Position numbers and translations under genes: made by a program. Shown in pieces: positions 1 to 1,898 of a DNA stretch of 1,898 nt (positions are counted from its first letter, which is position 1; each line of letters opens with the position of its first letter). Under the pieces are notes generated by a model, which saw only the letters and a list, made by a program, of their open reading frames with translations, ran no database searches and was not told the origin of the DNA. This DNA comes from Naegleria gruberi (Eukaryota), in NCBI GenBank assembly GCA_000004985.1, contig GG739308.1, one strand, 5' to 3'.

Positions 1-108
1 ATGAGAAGACACTTCCACTCAGGAAGTTAAATTAGTAAGGATTGAAATCAATCCATTCTTCATTGTATTTTCTAGATCAAAGATATTCAAGCGTAAAATT
101 GTAAATAC

Positions 109-124
109 AGTGAGTGCACTCACT
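109..124. repeat. Perfect 16-bp palindrome AGTGAGTGCACTCACT
   Basis: Positions 109-116 (AGTGAGTG) are the exact reverse complement of 117-124 (CACTCACT), with no spacer. The centre is GTGCAC. The flanking bases at 108 and 125 do not extend it. Confidence 0.9.
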
Positions 125-174
125 CATAAAGTAATATATATTCGAAAGTGGTTTCTTGTTACAACCATTCAAGA

Positions 175-207
175 TCCATCCAACTCTCTTTTATCACTCC
201 ATCCAAC
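175..207. repeat. Direct repeat TCCATCCAAC x2 (175-184 and 198-207), 23 bp apart
   Basis: Two exact 10-mer copies in tandem-like spacing. They may be the diverged remains of a roughly 23-bp tandem duplication. Confidence 0.6.
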
Positions 208-395
208 ACGCAATCAAATTCATCAAAATCAAAGAACGAAAACGAACTGAAAAGCAAGTGGAGCAGAAAGAGACAACTCTCTATTAAGAAGTCTATCATT
301 TTGTTTTGTTTTGAATAAATTGAATGCGTGCTAGCCAGCTTTTCATATTTTGATGTAGTAGTATTTGGAAATTTCCTTTTTCATTTCATGAGTAT

Positions 396-435
396 TTCGC
401 AATCTCAATTGTTGAGTTCGTTTGCGAATTGAGAA
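396..435. repeat. Nested inverted repeats: TCGCAA(397-402)/TTGCGA(422-427); TCTCAATT(403-410)/AATTGAGA(427-434); CTCAA(404-408)/TTGAG(412-416)
   Basis: Read directly from the sequence. The palindrome CAATTG at 406-411 is embedded in it. The arms are modular rather than forming one continuous hairpin. Confidence 0.5.
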
Positions 436-548
436 AGAGGATAATATGTGCGTTTATAACCAAATGCGTATGTGTATTAGACTTATCTCAAAACTCAAAC
501 CAGCAATTCAGTTTATAGATTTTCTTTCAACTGCAAAATTGATGAGGC

Positions 549-552
549 AAAA
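549..552 (-). terminator. Candidate Pol III terminator: a T4 run beginning 5 nt after the tRNA discriminator
   Basis: The minus-strand sequence after the tRNA 3' end reads CACCTTTTGCC. A second T4 lies at 535-538. No run of five or more T exists on this strand anywhere in the 556 nt downstream within the window. Confidence 0.35.
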
Positions 553-567
553 GGTGTAGGAAGACAG

Positions 568-578
568 GGAATCGAACC
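568..578 (-). promoter_or_regulatory. Pol III internal promoter B-box (GGTTCGATTCC on the tRNA sense strand)
   Basis: Exact match to the B-box consensus GGTTCGANTCC. It occupies the T-arm of the tRNA-His gene. Confidence 0.75.
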
Positions 579-609
579 CTGATCTTAGGAACCACAATCC
601 CATGTTCTA

Positions 610-620
610 CCACTGAACTA
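610..620 (-). promoter_or_regulatory. Pol III internal promoter A-box (TAGTTCAGTGG)
   Basis: Covers tRNA positions 8-18. It matches TRGCNNAGTGG with one mismatch. Confidence 0.6.
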
Positions 621-730
621 TCTCCCTTCTTGTCATTATCTTTCAATATTCACTAACAGCACATACTTCATTAAAGTCAATCAAAAATTTATCCTATCAA
701 AATCCTTAATTTAAACCTTCTTATTCCTCA

Positions 731-738
731 TATAAGAA
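731..738 (+). promoter_or_regulatory. TATA-like element (TATAAGAA) for the downstream MTFP1-family gene
   Basis: TATAAGAA lies 83-90 nt upstream of the ATG at 821. It is a one-mismatch fit to the yeast consensus TATA(A/T)A(A/T)(A/G). No ATG in any frame lies between it and 821. Confidence 0.35.
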
Positions 739-820
739 GGAACCTACAGTGAACTTTTTCGTGTTTACGAACAAACGAGAATCATCAGTGCACTCCACAA
801 ACTGCAACACATCAAAAAAA

Positions 821-1013
821 ATGTCCAGCTCACCATCCAATATCAACAATACCACAACTCTCTCAACATCAGCACCACCAGCCACTACCACCACAACAGA
901 AGTCGCTGCTGAGAGCATGGAACAATCCTCCCTTCGTTACTTGGGTTATTTGGGTCGTTTGAAGACTGCCATTGTTGCTGGAGCTCGTTATTTGGCCTAC
1001 ACTTCCGATGTTG
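821..1013 (+). CDS. MTFP1: MTFP1/MTP18-family mitochondrial fission process protein, exon 1 of 2 (64 codons plus 1 nt; ends in phase 1)
   Basis: This is the first ATG downstream of the TATA-like element, in an A-rich yeast-type context (aaaaaaaATGtc). It translates as MSSSPSNINNTTTLSTSAPPATTTTTEVAAESMEQSSLRYLGYLGRLKTAIVAGARYLAYTSDV followed by a split Gly codon. The motif RYL-Y---VG directly precedes the donor, and spliced onto EAFRP it recreates the conserved N-terminal motif RYLxYxxxVGEAFRxxVxP of MTFP1/MTP18 proteins. The symbol given is that of the human family member, not a locus name in this organism. Confidence 0.8.
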
Positions 1014-1215
1014 GTATGTAACAAGTGATGATGTGTTATCTTTACTCATGAAACTCTATGATGATGATATATTTACCATTCATATTTGGATATGATACTA
1101 AATGCTACTATTTTCCCGACCTATTTTATTACTGTTTATTATTATACTTGGAATAATTTCATTATTTGATGATGAATATGAACAAATATTAAAATGATTA
1201 TATTTATTAAAATAG
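1014..1215 (+). other. Spliceosomal intron (202 nt, phase 1): GTATGT donor, TACTAAA branch-box candidate at 1096-1102, TAG acceptor
   Basis: A canonical yeast 5' splice site GTATGT sits at 1014-1019. TACTAAA at 1096-1102 is a one-mismatch version of TACTAAC. The first AG downstream of that box is the acceptor at 1214-1215 (aaaatAG|gtgagg), which fits the scanning rule for 3' splice-site choice. In the unspliced frame an in-frame stop follows immediately at 1019-1021 (ggt atg TAA). Splicing joins g(1013)+gt(1216-1217) into a Gly codon and continues an open frame that encodes the conserved EAFRP motif. Confidence 0.75.
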
Positions 1216-1625
1216 GTGAGGCATTTAGACCAATTGTCCATCCATTGATTGTGAGAGCTGGTTATGGTATTTCATGGGCTTACGTTCTTGGTGATGTTGG
1301 TATTCAAACTTATAGAGAAAAGGAAAAGGGATCATCAACTAATACAGTTCTCAGAACTGCAACAAAGACTGCAATTTTCCAATCGACAGCTTCAATGATT
1401 TTGCCAATGATTACCATTCACCAAACTGTTCACGTGGTTTCTGCAATTTTGAAGAAGGTTGGATACAAATCAAAGGTTATTCCAACAATTTCAGGTTTGG
1501 CTGTTATTCCTGCATTGCCATTCATGTTCGATCACCCAGTTGAACATTTTGTTGATACTGTTTATGATAAGTATTGGCCTGTTGATGAAAAGGATTCACA
1601 TGCTGAAAAGGAAAAGCAACATTAA
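1216..1625 (+). CDS. MTFP1: MTFP1/MTP18-family mitochondrial fission process protein, exon 2 of 2 (stop TAA at 1623-1625); spliced product 200 aa
   Basis: Encodes (G)EAFRPIVHPLIVRAGYGISWAYVLGDVGIQTY...ILPMITIHQTVHVVSAILKK...GLAVIPALPFMFDHPVEHFVDTVYDKYWP...EKEKQH*. Against human MTFP1, as recalled, it shares the pattern VGEAFR..V.P, YG.S..YVL.D, the hydrophobic ...P..TI..... segment and GL..IP..P..D.PV...D. It carries several hydrophobic segments compatible with a mitochondrial inner-membrane protein. Codons are strongly yeast-like: Leu is TTG x9, CTT x2, CTC x1 and no CTG or TTA, and Arg is mostly AGA/CGT. Confidence 0.8.
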
Positions 1626-1652
1626 TGAAATTATTTATTGAACTCTTTAATT

Positions 1653-1898
1653 CTATTCGTCTAGTTCACCAATTGGCCAATCTTTTGGAGATCCTGTAAT
1701 AAAAGGAGATGTAGAGGAGGCCGTATCATCAACAATTGCATGGAAATCATTCAAATTTAGACCAACCATATTTCTATTGGGTGTGACTGGATAATTTACA
1801 TTCTTTGGAGGAGAAATAATTTGTGGAATTTCATCACTATTGGTCTTGACAAAGTCTAAATCTGATACTGAAATCATGACATCATCGGTGGTGAGAGT
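1653..1898 (-). CDS. Hypothetical protein, C-terminal fragment (5'-partial, the frame is open to the window edge; stop TAG at 1653-1655)
   Basis: The listed 74-aa minus ORF (1653-1877) has no in-frame stop upstream of its ATG out to the window end at 1898, reading ...TLTTDDV-MISVSDLDFVKTNSDEIPQIISPPKNVNYPVTPNRNMVGLNLNDFHAIVDDTASSTSPFITGSPKDWPIGELDE*. An 81-codon or longer open frame in sequence this AT-rich is unlikely by chance. It converges on the MTFP1-family gene with only 27 nt between the two stop codons. I could not recognise a family from this fragment. Confidence 0.5.
   Translation of the reverse strand, partial: TLTTDDVMISVSDLDFVKTNSDEIPQIISPPKNVNYPVTPNRNMVGLNLNDFHAIVDDTASSTSPFITGSPKDWPIGELDE

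Larger units (their letters stand above)
557..627 (-). tRNA. tRNA-His, anticodon GUG (nuclear type, CCA not encoded, no intron)
   Basis: The reverse complement of 557-627 folds by hand into a cloverleaf: AGGGAGA / UA / GUUC-AGUGGUA-GAAC / A / UGGGA-UUGUGGU-UCCUA / AGAU / CAGGG-UUCGAUU-CCCUG / UCUUCCU / A. The acceptor stem is 7 bp and includes one G.U pair. The D-stem is 4 bp. The anticodon stem is 5 bp with U33, anticodon GUG and a purine at 37. The variable loop is 4 nt, as in known eukaryotic tRNA-His. The T-stem is 5 bp and the T-loop UUCGAUU. The discriminator is A73. There is no encoded CCA and position -1 is not G, which fits the eukaryotic route in which Thg1 adds G-1 post-transcriptionally. 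Confidence 0.85.

Noticed and set aside
1-33. Possible 3' end of an upstream plus-strand gene (frame 1 stop TAA at 28-30, frame 3 stop TAG at 31-33) with a TATATA element at 135-140 and AATAAA at 316-321 as 3'-processing signals
   Set aside because: Only 9-10 codons are visible. It cannot be told apart from a random open stretch without sequence upstream of the window, so I noted it but did not annotate it.
181-281. 9-bp direct repeat CAACTCTCT (181-189 and 273-281) as possible target-site duplication or solo-LTR ends flanking about 90 bp
   Set aside because: Several chance 9-mer pairs are expected in 1.9 kb of biased sequence. The intervening 83 bp has no LTR features such as TG...CA ends. 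Ty-type target-site duplications are 5 bp, not 9.
324-432. Very short ATG-initiated ORFs (324-353, 9 aa; 388-432, 14 aa) as candidate micropeptides or uORFs
   Set aside because: Neither is linked to a downstream main ORF on the same strand, because the tRNA-His gene intervenes. Such lengths occur by chance. There is no evidence for coding.
721-918. 65-aa minus-strand ORF (MLSAATSVVVVVAGG...)
   Set aside because: It lies antisense to exon 1 of the MTFP1-family gene. Its poly-Val/Ala run is merely the complement of the ACC/ACA/GCT Thr/Ala-rich sense tract. It has no start context and runs through the sense gene's promoter, so it is a spurious antisense frame.
749-1021. 90-aa plus ORF listed as starting at 749 (MNFFVFTNKRE...) and ending ...SDVGM*
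   Set aside because: Position 749-751 is GTG, not ATG, so this is a bacterial-style alternative start that is irrelevant in a eukaryote. The real start is the first ATG, at 821. The C-terminal 'M*' is read-through into the GTATGT intron donor. It is replaced by the spliced two-exon model.
1025-1177. C-box-like RUGAUGA motifs (GTGATGA 1025-1031; ATGATGA about 1058-1066; TGATGATGA 1167-1175) suggesting an intron-hosted C/D snoRNA
   Set aside because: There is no CUGA D-box anywhere in the intron and no terminal stem pairing. The motifs are just ATG-rich AT-biased repeats.
1194-1215. N-terminal MIIFIKIG of the 143-aa ORF 1194..1625
   Set aside because: These codons are intronic: an AT-rich ATG immediately upstream of the TAG acceptor. 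The conserved protein begins at the exon-2 boundary (1216) and needs exon 1 to supply the RYLxYxxxVG half of the motif.
1459-1641. 60-aa plus ORF in an alternative frame (MDTNQRLFQQFQVWLLFLHCHSC...)
   Set aside because: It lies entirely inside exon 2 in a different frame. It has no homology signal and a Cys/His/Leu-rich nonsense composition, so it is an overlapping-frame artefact.
1-1898. Prokaryotic-style features: operon structure, Shine-Dalgarno sites, CRISPR repeats, a toxin-antitoxin or defence system, IS elements
   Set aside because: The window is eukaryotic, with a GT-AG spliceosomal intron carrying yeast consensus signals, an internal Pol III A/B-box tRNA promoter without encoded CCA, and a TATA-like Pol II promoter. 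I found no array of direct repeats with spacers, no terminal inverted repeats bracketing an ORF, and no transposase or LTR signatures.

Overview
This is an AT-rich (roughly one-third GC) eukaryotic nuclear locus that looks like a budding yeast (Saccharomycotina); it is not prokaryotic. It contains a GTATGT spliceosomal intron with a TACTAAC-like branch box, an A-rich context before the ATG, and codon usage heavy in TTG, AGA, GGT and GCT.

Three genes are supportable:
- A tRNA-His(GUG) gene on the minus strand at 557-627. It has a perfect B-box and an unusual A1:U72 first acceptor pair.
- A two-exon plus-strand gene, join(821..1013,1216..1625), encoding 200 aa. It is a clear member of the MTFP1/MTP18 mitochondrial fission process protein family and is transcribed divergently from the tRNA only 193 bp away.
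- A convergent minus-strand ORF (1653-1898) whose reading frame stays open to the window edge, so it is a 3' partial CDS of unknown function.

The left 550 bp is non-coding. It carries a 16-bp perfect palindrome, a pair of 10-bp direct repeats, nested inverted repeats and a strongly strand-asymmetric A/C-rich block. None of these can be assigned a function from sequence alone.

I see no CRISPR array, no mobile element or LTR remnant, and no recognisable defence or other novel multi-gene system. The items of interest are instead the atypical tRNA-His acceptor end and its weak terminator, and the tight Pol III/Pol II divergent promoter. The intron that splits the most conserved MTFP1 motif, the lineage-specific S/T-rich N-terminus, and the tail-to-tail gene overlap are also notable.
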